A stretch of DNA of 64,000 nt. Origin: Vitrella brassicaformis CCMP3155 (taxonomy: Eukaryota > Protista > Chromerida). Position numbers and translations under genes: made by a program. Location of the stretch: positions 179,452-243,451 of the forward strand of contig CDMY01000869.1 of the NCBI GenBank assembly GCA_001179505.1, in the 5' to 3' direction. Below, piece by piece: positions 1 through 12,000 of the stretch. The stretch's first letter is position 1, and each line of letters opens with the position of its first letter. The notes under the pieces were generated by a model that was given only the letters and a program-made list of their open reading frames with translations, had not been told where the DNA came from and ran no database searches.

Positions 1-3000
1 GGCCTCAAGGGTGAGCCGCGTAGATCTGCACAGCATGCAGATCCTGCACGTCACTGCGGATGGGTGTGTTGTATTGTGTGGCAGAGCTGAAGGACTTCCT
101 GGACGATCCGCAGCGCATCCTGATGATTGAGCGGGCCGAGGACATGACAGACGTGTGGACAGCTGTCGGCAGATTGTGAGCCACCAACCTTACGCAGACC
201 AGACTTGGTCCCATCGCCATGGATTCGACCGTCACCTCTCTGTGTCGTGTGTGTGTGTGTGTGTGTGTTCCGCTCGCAGTCTGGTTGAGGCGATGCAGAA
301 GGAGGTGAGCTGTCGACGCACGCCACGCCCAGGGGACGGGTGGTGGTGGGGTGGGGTGGGGTGCCTGCCTGGATCTCTGTCGTTGCATGTGTTGTGCTGT
401 GTGGCAGATCAAGCGCATCCAGCACAGCAAGTCCAAGAAAGGTAAACCACGGAATGCCATGTCTGCCCCACCCACCACCTTGCTTTGCTGCACCACCTGT
501 CATATCACCTCATGTGCCTGTATATGTGTGTGTGCGCGCAGCCCCTCCCAAGTTCGACCCGAATGATGCGACGCTGTTCCATGGCATTGTGACGGTGATA
601 GAGCGGCACGGCCCCAAGCTGGTGGTGTGCGCCGACGAGTACTTCAACCACCTGTGTGAGGTGCTGAGGGACGACGGCCAGGTGTCGCCGCGGCCCGCAT
701 GGGGAGAGGCCTACCTGGGTGTGCTGCTTGCCATGGTGTCCAGACAGCAGTACACCTACAAACTCACAGAACACCACTTGAGAGGTGCAGCAGACAGTCG
801 ACCGACCCACCCACCGTGGGGAGCGGGAGGAGGTGGATCTCTATCTCGTTTTCTGTGTGTGGTGTGTTTATGACCTTCATTCAGATTTCCTGAAGGTGTT
901 GTCTGGCTTTTCGCTGACGCCGAAGCACATGTGCATGCAGACGCTCCAGATACTCTGCGCCAACGCATACGGTGGGCGACAAAGGGAAGCAGTCAGACAG
1001 ACAGTCAGACAGACAGACAGACAGGCAGGCAGGTCAGCTGTGTGGTGGGCTGTGTCGTTCCAGGTGACATCAGCCAGAAGCTGCCGACGATTGTCTCTAC
1101 TGTCTTCGACAAAATCATCCAGCTTGAGTGAGTGAGCGACTGAGTGAGTGAGCAGAGAATACGTACACACACACACAAACGTATGTGTCCATTGTGTTAC
1201 GCTGTGCTTTAAGTGAGGAGAAGGAGTTCAAGCCGAGCAATCAGTCACTCGTCGACGCCACTGTGCTCTGCGCCACCAGGTGATGCAGTGAATCAACTTT
1301 GTGTGAATCAACTGTGATGTGACTTGTTTGATTGATCTGACTCGTTCGTTCATTGTGTGTGTGTGTGCGTGCCAGTTTGGCTCTGTTGTCGCCGCTTCAG
1401 TTCCAGGACACCCTGCTGCGCAAACCCAAGATATTCGCCGCGCTCAAAATACTTGTGCGGGTACGCCAGCAAACGGCACACAGCCAATCAATTCACCGCT
1501 GCTGCATTCTCTGTTGCTGTGCTTGTGACTTGGCGCGTGTGTGCAGACATTTCGGTCTCTCAGCTCCAAATCGAAGGTCAGTCCAGAGGACAGCGAAAAT
1601 GTGTTGACTGCGTGTGTGTGTGTGTGTGTGTATGTCTTTCATCTGTGGTGTGTGTGCGCAGGAGCGTTTGATAGTGTTGCTGCGTCTGGTGGTGGTGGTG
1701 TTTAGGTCGTCAGATACGCGCCTGCCAAAAGCACTCTCCACTGGTGGGGGAGCGACAAAGACGCTGGTGGGTGCACAAACGCTGATTTGTGTCTTTGTCT
1801 GTGTGGTGCAGGTGCTCTGCGGTGGACGTTGAAGAGTCTGCTTAGCATCCTGCCGTACTACATCGAAACGCTTCTCTCAGTGGTGATGATAGGCAGGCGT
1901 ACGATGGACACACTCTCATTTCATTGGAATCTCTGCGTGTGCTACCTTGCAGAAGAGCGAGCAGAAGGGACGGCCGGACCGACAGGCACACGAATGTGGT
2001 GGGCAGTGAATGAGCCACCGTCCACTTCGTGCCGTCTTCACTTGGTGTATATGTATATGTCAGTCATCATCGCATACCAGGATCAGTTGGGCATGTCGGC
2101 CCCTTCGGACGACGCCAACCACCGGACGAGCTCATGTTTCGGCATCCGGGGCCTCAACTCGGCCGTCGAGCTGCTCACTGACATCGTGTGGGAGGTACGC
2201 ACCGACACACCATGATATCCGCACACACCTCGCCTGTGTGTGTGTGCCTGTGTGTCACACAGGCGTTCCAGCATGTGGAGTACCGTCGCATGTTTAGTGG
2301 TGATTCGGCCGCACAGGGCGGCGACACGTCATCGACACTCGCCAGTCAGGCCTCACAAATGTACCCGCCGGTCATCACACCCGAGGAGCAACGGTCGGCG
2401 CTGATGAGTACGACAGCGATCCATCTCGTGTGAGTACGTGTGTTTCTTGTACACATCTCCATCAGTGTGAAGGGCAGTGGAGAGGGCAGCGACATGCTGC
2501 GGTACTTCGAGAGGTTCCTGCACGGACCACGGGCCTCTGCATGGTACGTACGTACGTACGCAAGCACACACACCTGCTGCTGGCCGTCATGCATGTGATG
2601 ATATCAGGTGTCTGGTGCTGGCCCGTATGTGCGAGAAGGCCTGTCTGCAGCTCCCGCTGGCCGACCTGAGGGCCCTCTACCAGTTCATGACGGAGAAGCT
2701 CGAAGAAATGACACAAGCCATACTAGCGGGGTCAGTGACCGAGGGGTCAGCATGCAAAATGTGCAATCGATCGGTATCATGTTTTCTCCCCACGCCTCAC
2801 TTGCAGTGTGTTGCCGCACTCTCTCGGCATCCCTTCTCTGCGCGGCACGTCGTTCGCCCCCGACCTGTCAGACGTCTACTGCTGGCTGCTCGGGCAGACG
2901 GCCGTCCTCGAGTGCCTCTTCCTCAACCATCTGCTCGCACCACAGCGCTGCACGGCACCGACACAAGGCGACACACCCAGCACTTCAGCAGAGGATGGAG

Positions 3001-6000
3001 GGAGTGACGTACCTTCGCCGCAACACACCACCCAGTTCAACGCGGTGCCGCTGCAGATGAGTGTGCTCACCACCAACAACGCCGCCTTCTGCTCGTCGCG
3101 CGGCGGTGTGGCAGACGTGCCCGCCATCCACACGCCGTCCGAGTGGGAGGACACACTGCTCGCGAGTTTGCGGTGGCTGCTGTCGAGTCTGCCGGCACTG
3201 CTGGCGGCCCGCTACACGCGGTTCTCAGAGGCCAAGAGTGCGCTGTGCCGGCTGCTCCACCACCTGCTGGTGCTGCTCCCATCCAACAGCATCCGACAGG
3301 AGATCGCCGCATTCGCACAGCTGCGGCTATTCGACGCACAGGTGCAGCGTCATGGCTCTGGTGCGATCGCGATGGCCACACAGCCCTTCTGGCTGGCCGA
3401 GTCTTGCGTGGCCATCGCGTCTCGGCACCGCCACACTCTCCCGCCGCATGTGGTGAATCGGCTGCTGGCGTTCTCTGTGTCGATCGGCGAGAGCCTCAAG
3501 TCGCGCCACCTGGTCGTGCAGGCCGCCAGCCTGTTCAGCGCACTCCACCAGCACCAGCAACATCCCGCTGTCAACAATACACTCAAGGAGCTCCACCTCT
3601 CAGGTGAGCGATCAGACCACACCGAAAGCCCAGCCTCAGTTATATGTTCAATGTGCTGCGTGTATGTGTGTACCAAACAGCTTGTCTGCCCTCTGTCTGG
3701 CATGAGTGTCTGGAACTGGAGGTGACGGCCGAGGGCGAGGCGGGCGAGGGCAACAGTGTCGCTGGGGCCATGCTGGCCGCCACGCCAGGCGACAGTGAGG
3801 TGGTCGAGGACGCCATGCTCGCCAGAAGCGGCACTGCACTCTTGATGCGGCCCACACTCTCAGACTGGGGCATCTCCCACCCCCCGACACCCCCCGAAGC
3901 CATCGGCCCCGCCCCCCTCCCACCCCACTCGATGGCGCTCCTTCACGCGGCCGTCGCTCGCAGCGTCGACACCCTCCTCCCGTTCTTCCTCAACGAGACC
4001 GAGGATGAGGTGGTCGCCACCACACCCACACACGGCAAGTCTCGCCGTGCGGGGATGTTCTTCCAGACCGTCCACGAGACAGGGGCGGCGGCTGCGGCCG
4101 CCGCTAGTGCAGGGGCGGGAGGCACGGACGAAGCGACGCGGCGGCATCCGTTGTTGCAGTCGACAGACGGATTCTGGATGCCGAGTCTATCCAAGAGCGC
4201 CTTCCAGGCCGTCATTGGGCTGCTGAGAGTGCTCTGGCTGGCGACCAAGGTCTCGTGTCCTGCCCCAGCTGACGCGCCGGATGCGCCTGAGGTGCACGAC
4301 TGCAGCTCGCTGGACTCCGGGGTGTGGCTGGGTATCCATCTGGTGGTCTTCTGGCTGCACCGACTGCTCGAGGGCAAGACCACCAAGAGCACCAACGAGG
4401 CCACACAGAAGGAGATCCGGGCCTTCGCGTCGGCCATCTGGCTGGAGCTGGCGGAGCTGCTGGCGATCAGTGAGCGGCACGGCCTCCCCTTCTCGTGCAA
4501 TTACCCCGTCATGAACAACAAGGCCAGCAGGCGCATCGTGTCCAGCCAGACCGGCAAACCAAGATGCTCATTCGCACTCTTCCTCGACACATCCGCCGTT
4601 CTCAACGATCGCATCAACGCGGGAGGAGCTCTCGAGTCACAGGGGGGCCAGGCAGCCGGCGAGGGCACGCGGCTGCTGTCCGTGGCCACCCTCAGAGGCC
4701 GGCTGATGGCTCTGCTGCAGCGAACAGTGAACCTCAGCGTCACATCGGCTGTGGTGGCCACCAGCCCCACTGAGCCCTCTTCGTCTAATCGCAACCACCG
4801 GCGCGCGGCCCCGGCAGCAGCGGCCGCAGGTGCAGCCCGCACGCAGCAGCGAGCATCGGCGGCCCCGCAGCTGGACCCAGAAGACGATGCAGACGACTTC
4901 GGAATGCGCACACCACCCAGGCCCGGCCAGGATGGAGGCCATCAGGGTGCGGACATGGCTGATGCCTTCTTCGAGGATCAGCAGGGGGACAGAGACGGGA
5001 GGGCCCAGGGCAAGCCAACCGACATGGAGATCGAGTGGCAACTGCCGCGGCACGGCGGGCCGAAAGGCGCTACCCCTGCAGAGTCGGAGCTTCTCTCGAC
5101 CTTTCTGCCTTCTCGGGCGGCGGTGATCCGTATCCAGGTGGACCTGCTGGTCAATCCTGCACGGACTGTCGGGCCGGTGGATGAAGCCACAGACAGACTC
5201 TACAGCGGCATGCTGAAGGTGAGACTCTCACATCACGCAGGCACCCCATCAATCGCAGGGCACGCTGTCATCACGCATGTGTGCATTTCAGGCACTGGAG
5301 TCACTGGTAATGGACGAGCAAGTGGCGGATCGGCAGCAGGCTCGACGCAGCGGGGAGGAGGAGACCGCCTCAAGAATGCCCTGCGCCCAGCAGATGGGAG
5401 TCTTCGCACTGGTCGTCACCGCACTCGTGTCCAGACGCCCACCGATCCACCTGTCAGGTGCCATGACCATTGTGGGGATGCTGTGCCGGTGCGCCATTCG
5501 CCTTGCGGCCCTGAATGTGCAAATGGCGCTCATGGTGGTGTTTCCCCTCTGCCGGCTGGTGCTGTGGGCCATCGACACCAGCCGCAGCGCCGGCAAGGAG
5601 TGGGAGCTGTGCGGCGTGCTCACGCACCTCACGGGCGGCAACGACTCGCCCGCAGTGGTGTGCCGGCTGCTGAGCAGCCTGGCCAAGCGACACAAGATCT
5701 TCACTCCCCACCACCACGTTGCCTTCGGCGTCATGGCGGCGTCGACGCTCCGGTTCCTCCAGAGGTGGGCGGGCTCAGGGGTGGACTGGCCATGCGCGTA
5801 CACAAACAGACAGACACTCGTGTGTGTCTGGTCGTAGGAACAAGCATCGTGTGGCACCAGACGTGATTGAGACGCTGTGCACTATCGTGATGAACAGGGT
5901 CCCAAACCTCATTCTTGACGCCAACACCAACCCTGAAGTGAGTGAGTGAATTCAGGAGACACAGCCGACAGGGCAGGCAAGGATCGCCCTCTTCTGTGTC

Positions 6001-9000
6001 CATCCATCTGCATCTCCCATGCAGGTGCGTCTGGTTGCTGCAGCATGGTGCACTGCTCCTCTGTAAGCCATGATTGCAACGACAGAAGCCATGATTGCAA
6101 CGACAGACCTGCTGAGTGTCAATGTATCGTTTGTGCATCTCTGATCATGGGTCAGCATGGAGGTGTTTCCCGCGGCTGAGGTGTCGGAGGAGTTCAAGTC
6201 CAAGGCTCTCAAGCGCCTCGAGCAGCTGCAGGGCGGCAACAAGGAAGTGAAGATCGACCAAGACGTCAGACAGCTCCTGCACAAGCACGGCATATCGGTG
6301 GAGGCCGACGCATTCCAGGCGCTCATTTCAGCCCACCACGTGGCCGACGTCCTCTCCCTCGCTCGCGCTGGCATCGCCGCGCCCGAGATCACTGTCGACT
6401 TCCTCACATCGATATGCGCGGTGGCGAGGGAGCCATCCCTGGTCCAAGTGTGCTTCTTGGCCATCCGGCACATGGATCAGTCGCTGATGCAGGAGCAGCC
6501 GACACTGCTCGCCAGGCACATGCAGCACATCGCCGCGGGCTGGATCCGACGCAAGCTGCCTCTGGGGCAGTTTCCGACCCAGCTGTTCGATGGCGGTGCG
6601 AGTCATTCGGACTTCTTGTGGTCCAACTCGGCGATGCTGGTGAGTGCGTGCATCCTCGGCGGGCTGGAGCCCAACAAAGTCATGCCCTGCTTCCGCGAAG
6701 CACTCGGCCTCAAGAGGGTACGCCAGGCACACGCACAGAGAGAGACGGGCTCCAGCTGCATGCTGGCTTTGTGTGCGCGCTGTGTGTGGATGTCGTCAGG
6801 ACAATCAGGAGAAGGGACCCGAGCTCCGCGACGCCGTGGCGCCAGCGTTGGTGGCGATCCTGCTGATGATCAAGGGGCAGAACGGCGGTGCGTCTGAATA
6901 TCTGAAGCAGCTGCTCGGCAGCGGCAACATCATCAGTGTGCTCAAGCAGCACCTGCGGTCATCGGTGCTGTCGAGCATGCTGCGCTTCAAAGCCCAGCCC
7001 CGCGATGCCGTCGCGGCCGTCGCCTTCCCCAGCCTGCAGGCCGCCCTCTCCGAGGTCATCCCCACACCCATCGACAGCTACCCCAACCTGGACGCCTTCG
7101 TCAGTGCCAACTTCAAACACATGCTCCTCGTACTCGACAGCGCCGTCCTGCTCTCGCACGGAGACGGTGCGACCCCAGACAAGGCCGCGGCTGGCTGTTT
7201 CCAGGACTTCCTGCGCATGACGTCGTGTGTGCTCAAGCAGACGTCGCACGTCCGCCACCTCATCAACTTCCTCTTGCGACACCTCAAAAGCGCCATGGAG
7301 GCACGCGAGTCGGCGGGCGGGCGGATGGTCAAGACGGCCGGCAGCTGGCCGGATGTGCGGCAGTCCTGGATGGTGGACGGAGGGGCGCTGGCAGCCCCAG
7401 AGGAGACCAACGAGAAGTGGCAGCGGACGCTCAGCGACGAGGTGTGCCGCATTCTGAGGGAGTGCACCGACGCCATCCTCCTGCAGCTGTTCGACCGCCC
7501 TGCTCCGGGCATCATGGATCTCCTGCTCGAGCTCGTCGTCAAGAAGTACGGCGGTCTCATGGTTAGCCGGGAGGGCAGCAGCAGCAGCAGCGGAGGGGCG
7601 GACGGCAGCTGCGACGAGCCCAGCGTGACGATGGCCACCTGCCCCGTCTTCAAAATCGTCGGCGAGGCCGTCCTTCGCCTGCTGCCCCTTCGCTGCACGA
7701 GGTTCAACACGAGAGGCCGCACACAGGCGGACACGCCCAGTGTGGTTGAGGTGTTGGGACCCTCCTTCGTTCCATTCTTTGCCGCTGCAGACATCATCCC
7801 CGACACAGCAGCCGTGGCCGTCAATTCTGTCGCAGCACACTGTCTGCAGCACATCCAAGAAAGCCTCCGAGCACAAACGGATACTGCAGCGGCGCAATTA
7901 GGCAAGAGGCGACGCAGCGGCACAAAGGCAGCCGCCGCAGAGGGCGAGCCAGCGGCCAAGAAGAAGAAGCCCGCCCAAGAGGATGCGGCTCGACCGGGGG
8001 TCGAGCCAGTGCCGATGGACACCGATGATGCCGACAATGAGCCACTGTGGCCGTCTGCAGAGGCGACGGAGGCGGTGCTGGCCGCATCGGGTGGTGACGC
8101 CGTCTTGTCTCCAGAGGACCGGCTGAGGCTCTTCATGGATGAGCTCACCGACCACGACCAGCGGGCATGCGACAACCGTACTCGCATGGCCGCCGCCAAA
8201 TCGTGGGCGGACCGCCTCTCCAACAGTTTCGGCTCCGCTTTGCTCCTCCGGCGTGTGGCGGCGATATGTCTGTGGCTGAAAGGGGCCAAGGCACACGCCA
8301 GCGCCGTGAGGGCCAGTGGAGAGTCGGCCCCGGCAGGACCACGGGTGTTTGTGAGCATGGTGGTGCGGCACCTGGTCAACATCTCCAGACTCGGGACGTC
8401 GGACCATCTCCCCGAGGCGTGGAAGCTGCAGACGGCCCGGCTGCTTAGCCATGAGGGTCTGCGTGATACCAAGCTCGTGTCCGATGCTCTCCGTCAGGAC
8501 CTATCCGCCAACCTCGCCCGTGATGCCACCATGGCCTTCGACCTCGTCTGGACCTCTGAATACGGCACACCAGACCCGCGGAACCAAGCCGTGGACGGCG
8601 AACGCCCACTCATCGTGCGAGAGCTGGGCCTGGTGGTGCCCTCCGTCGCTGTGCTTGGCTTCCTCTTCGCTGTCACGTCGCTCAACCACACGGTCAAGAC
8701 TGTGCGAGAGGTGGGTTTGAGGACCCTTGAGGCGCTGGTGGGTGATCCGGTGTTCCAGCGGTGTCGGCAGTGTTTGGCGCGACAGCTGGAGGTGTCGCTG
8801 GGAGACATGACTGAGATGGCCGCTGGTGCCGCGGGAGAGGGGGAGAGGGATGGGGAGATTGACGTGTCCGCACTCAACTGGGAGGGGTGCTGGGCGCTGC
8901 CTACCGACGCAGATGGTGCCACGAAGTCGAACGAAGGTCAGAGACTCAGACATTTCTCCGAGGCAGCGTGTCGCATTGGTGGTCTTTCAGGGTACGACTC

Positions 9001-12000
9001 GTGGCTGTGCCATCTGAGCGCTTCGCTGCTGTGTCCGACATCGGACGAAGTCAAGCTGCCACGACAAGAAACAGCAAACGTGAGCACCGGTCGATAAATG
9101 AAGGGACGGCACCCAAACATCAATCGCGGTTCTATCTTGGTCTTTTCAGCTGTATCGTCGTCTGGTGCCAATGGCCATGCGCAGCCCCGGCTTCGCTCGT
9201 GCTGTCCTGCCGCTGTTGCTACTCGAGTACGTCACGGCATTCACCCCTCTCGCATGCAAGATCGCGGACATGATGAACCGACACATATTCGTCAACGCGA
9301 GCACCACCACTGACGACCACACGGCAACCGATCCAGCACCAGCTGCAGCAGCTGCAGCCGGACCGAGGGCGGACAAAGGGTGCAGTGCCGCTGCCAGCAC
9401 CGCTGATGCTGCAGGCGAGGGGAGCGACAGGCGGACCAACCATGCGAGCCGGATGGCGGTGGCTCAGTTCCTGCGTGCGCTGCAGTTGATGCGGCTGTCC
9501 CTCACGACTGTCCTCTACCAGGCGGTGCCCTTTTTCACCGAGCAGGGCAACGACCAGCAGGAGCAGGGGCGGCGATCGCGGGCGTTTTGGAACACGCTGG
9601 ACCTCCAGGCAGTGTCCGACGCTGCGTACAAGATCGGCATGCCGGCCGACGCCATTGTGTACCTGGAGCTGCAGATGACCAAGATGTTCCCCAACCTCAG
9701 CCCCGACAAGGCCTTCCTCACTATGCAGGTGCAGACGCGCCTGGCGAGCTCGGGGGAATCATCGCAGGACCAAAGGGCCGAGGCGCCGCCGGTCGAGGAC
9801 TCAGACATCAACGCTTCCTTCCAGCGGCCGCCGCATGCCGTGTGGGAGCTCGTTAAGTCGAGCCAGCAGCTCTCCTTCGACCTGGGGGATCCCCTTCACG
9901 GCAGCCTCTCGAGCTGGGCACACGAGGCCGTGGTCCTATCAGAAGCCGGCAGACACAACGCATCCTCGATGACCCTGCTGCACCAGCCCAGTGGCGACAC
10001 TGACATGACGACTGATGTTGACAGCCGAGTCGGACAGATATCGACCGTATTTCAGCAGAATGGCCTCCAAAACATCCTGCTGGGGTACCTGGACGGCCTG
10101 TGGCCTCAGGATGGCTCGGCGGCTGATGTGGCTCGTCAGGTGGACCCGAGCAGCGACCGACGGCAGCTGGAGGTATGGGAGCAGCGGATGGAGGCCCTGT
10201 GGCGGCTCCGCCAATGGGGGGCCATCACGTCGGCTGCACATGTGCCGCAGTGGCTCGAGCGCCACGGTGAGGCTTTCCACGTCCACCTCTACCAGACCCT
10301 CAGCAACCTCAAGACGCATTCGGATCGCATGCGGCAGCTGACAATGGCAGATGACATGGACGTGCAGATGAGCACCGCCGCTGCTGCTGAGGCCCACCAC
10401 CCCCGCTTGCTGGAGCAGGTGGAGCATGCCCTCCTCAACACGCTGCAGACCATCCGCATCGGCGAATGGTGCTCGCCACCCGATCTCTTCACGGCCGTCA
10501 TGCGCATCCGCATGACCGAAGCTGTCAGAGAGGCGGCCGGGTGTCTGCTGGACCACCAACGGCCGCAGGATGCTGAGGCGAGCATCATCAAGCTCCAGCA
10601 GTCCTGGTCTCGCGACCTGTCGACCTTCCTGGACCCATTCTCCGTCACGCCAGTCCTCTACCCACTGGTGGAGCCACTCGCAGCTCTGCAGGTGTCGGCG
10701 CTCAGCTGCTGCGGCCAGCCCAAGCCCCTCTACCAGCACCTACTCGAGCTGGGCAAGGCCACACGCAGGAACGGCCGCATCCAACAGGCCTTGACGCTGC
10801 TGCATGAGACCAACCGGGCACTTTTGCAACCAACCGTGGCCACACGGATCGATCTGGGCCGTGGCGGCGGTCTGCCTGCTTCGTTTCTGGTCAAGTGGGA
10901 GCTGGCTCAATGTTTCTGGGAGTCAGAGGACACCCGCCGTGCCCTCAAACTCGCAAGCAGTCTCGCGGCCCATGCGCTGCAAGCCGCCACAAGCACAGGC
11001 CAGCCGGGAGGCAGCCGTGGCCGCGGTGGCGGTGGCGGTGGTGGTGTGAGTGGGTCAGATCTGGTGCACGTGTGTGAGGTGCTGAGCCGGACGGGCGAGT
11101 GGCTGTTCGCGTCCCGCTGGGTGGATGCCAATGTGGTGCGGAGGAAGTACCTGGAGCCCGCCATGAAGCTGGGGTCGGTGGAGGGCGAGCAGCTGGCCAA
11201 AGCGAGTCTCGCCGCCATGCTCGACGAGCTCCTGAAGGTAAGTGGGTGGCTGGATATATGAATGCAACGACCAGACAGAGATGTCTGGATGTGTGTGTGT
11301 GTGTGTGTGTGCAGGCGCATCGACAGCGTCAGAGCTCGTTGGAGGCGATCAAGTCGCGGCAGATCCGAGAGCACGCCGAGGCGGAAATCGACAACTGCAT
11401 CAAGGAAATGGAGGACAAGAGCACCGAAGCACATGTACAGTACACATCTCACAGGCGCACAGCACACCAAATCACTGTCATTCGTGCGTGGCGGGCAGCC
11501 GGGCTGAAGAGTTGTTGTCGGTGATGTTTGTTGTAAGGAAAAGAAGGCGTGGGCTTTGCACAAGGATCAGCTGGAGAAGAAGGTGCTTGGCGACAACAAT
11601 GCACTCGAGGTGGAGCTGCAGCAGGTATGCAAGACACACACGTCATGCAGGCAGCCGCTGTGCGTGCGTACATCAATGCATTCATTTTCATCGTATCGCT
11701 TGCTTGTGCATGTTGAGCAGGTGAGTGGTTGGGCGGTGGATGCGGCCACGCTCTACACCGATGCTCTCTCACAGAGCCACGTCAAGGACGCACCCAGGTA
11801 CACGCACAGACAGATTGACCGAGTGAGATGGAGAGAGAGGCGCCAACGGCTGGCCATGTGTGTGTGTGGTCAACGTGCACATTGCCAGGTTGGCGTGTCG
11901 GTTGTTGGGTCTTCTGTTTGACTACGGGAGTGAGTTCGAGGAGCTGCCGGCCAACCTGACCAAAGCCGTCAACCAGCGGAAGATCCACATGCGGCACTTC

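Noticed and set aside
6959-10739. Long minus-strand ORFs (6959-7897, 7078-8472, 9939-10739)
   Set aside because: Antisense shadows of GC-rich ATM exons, with no motifs and no independent splice structure.
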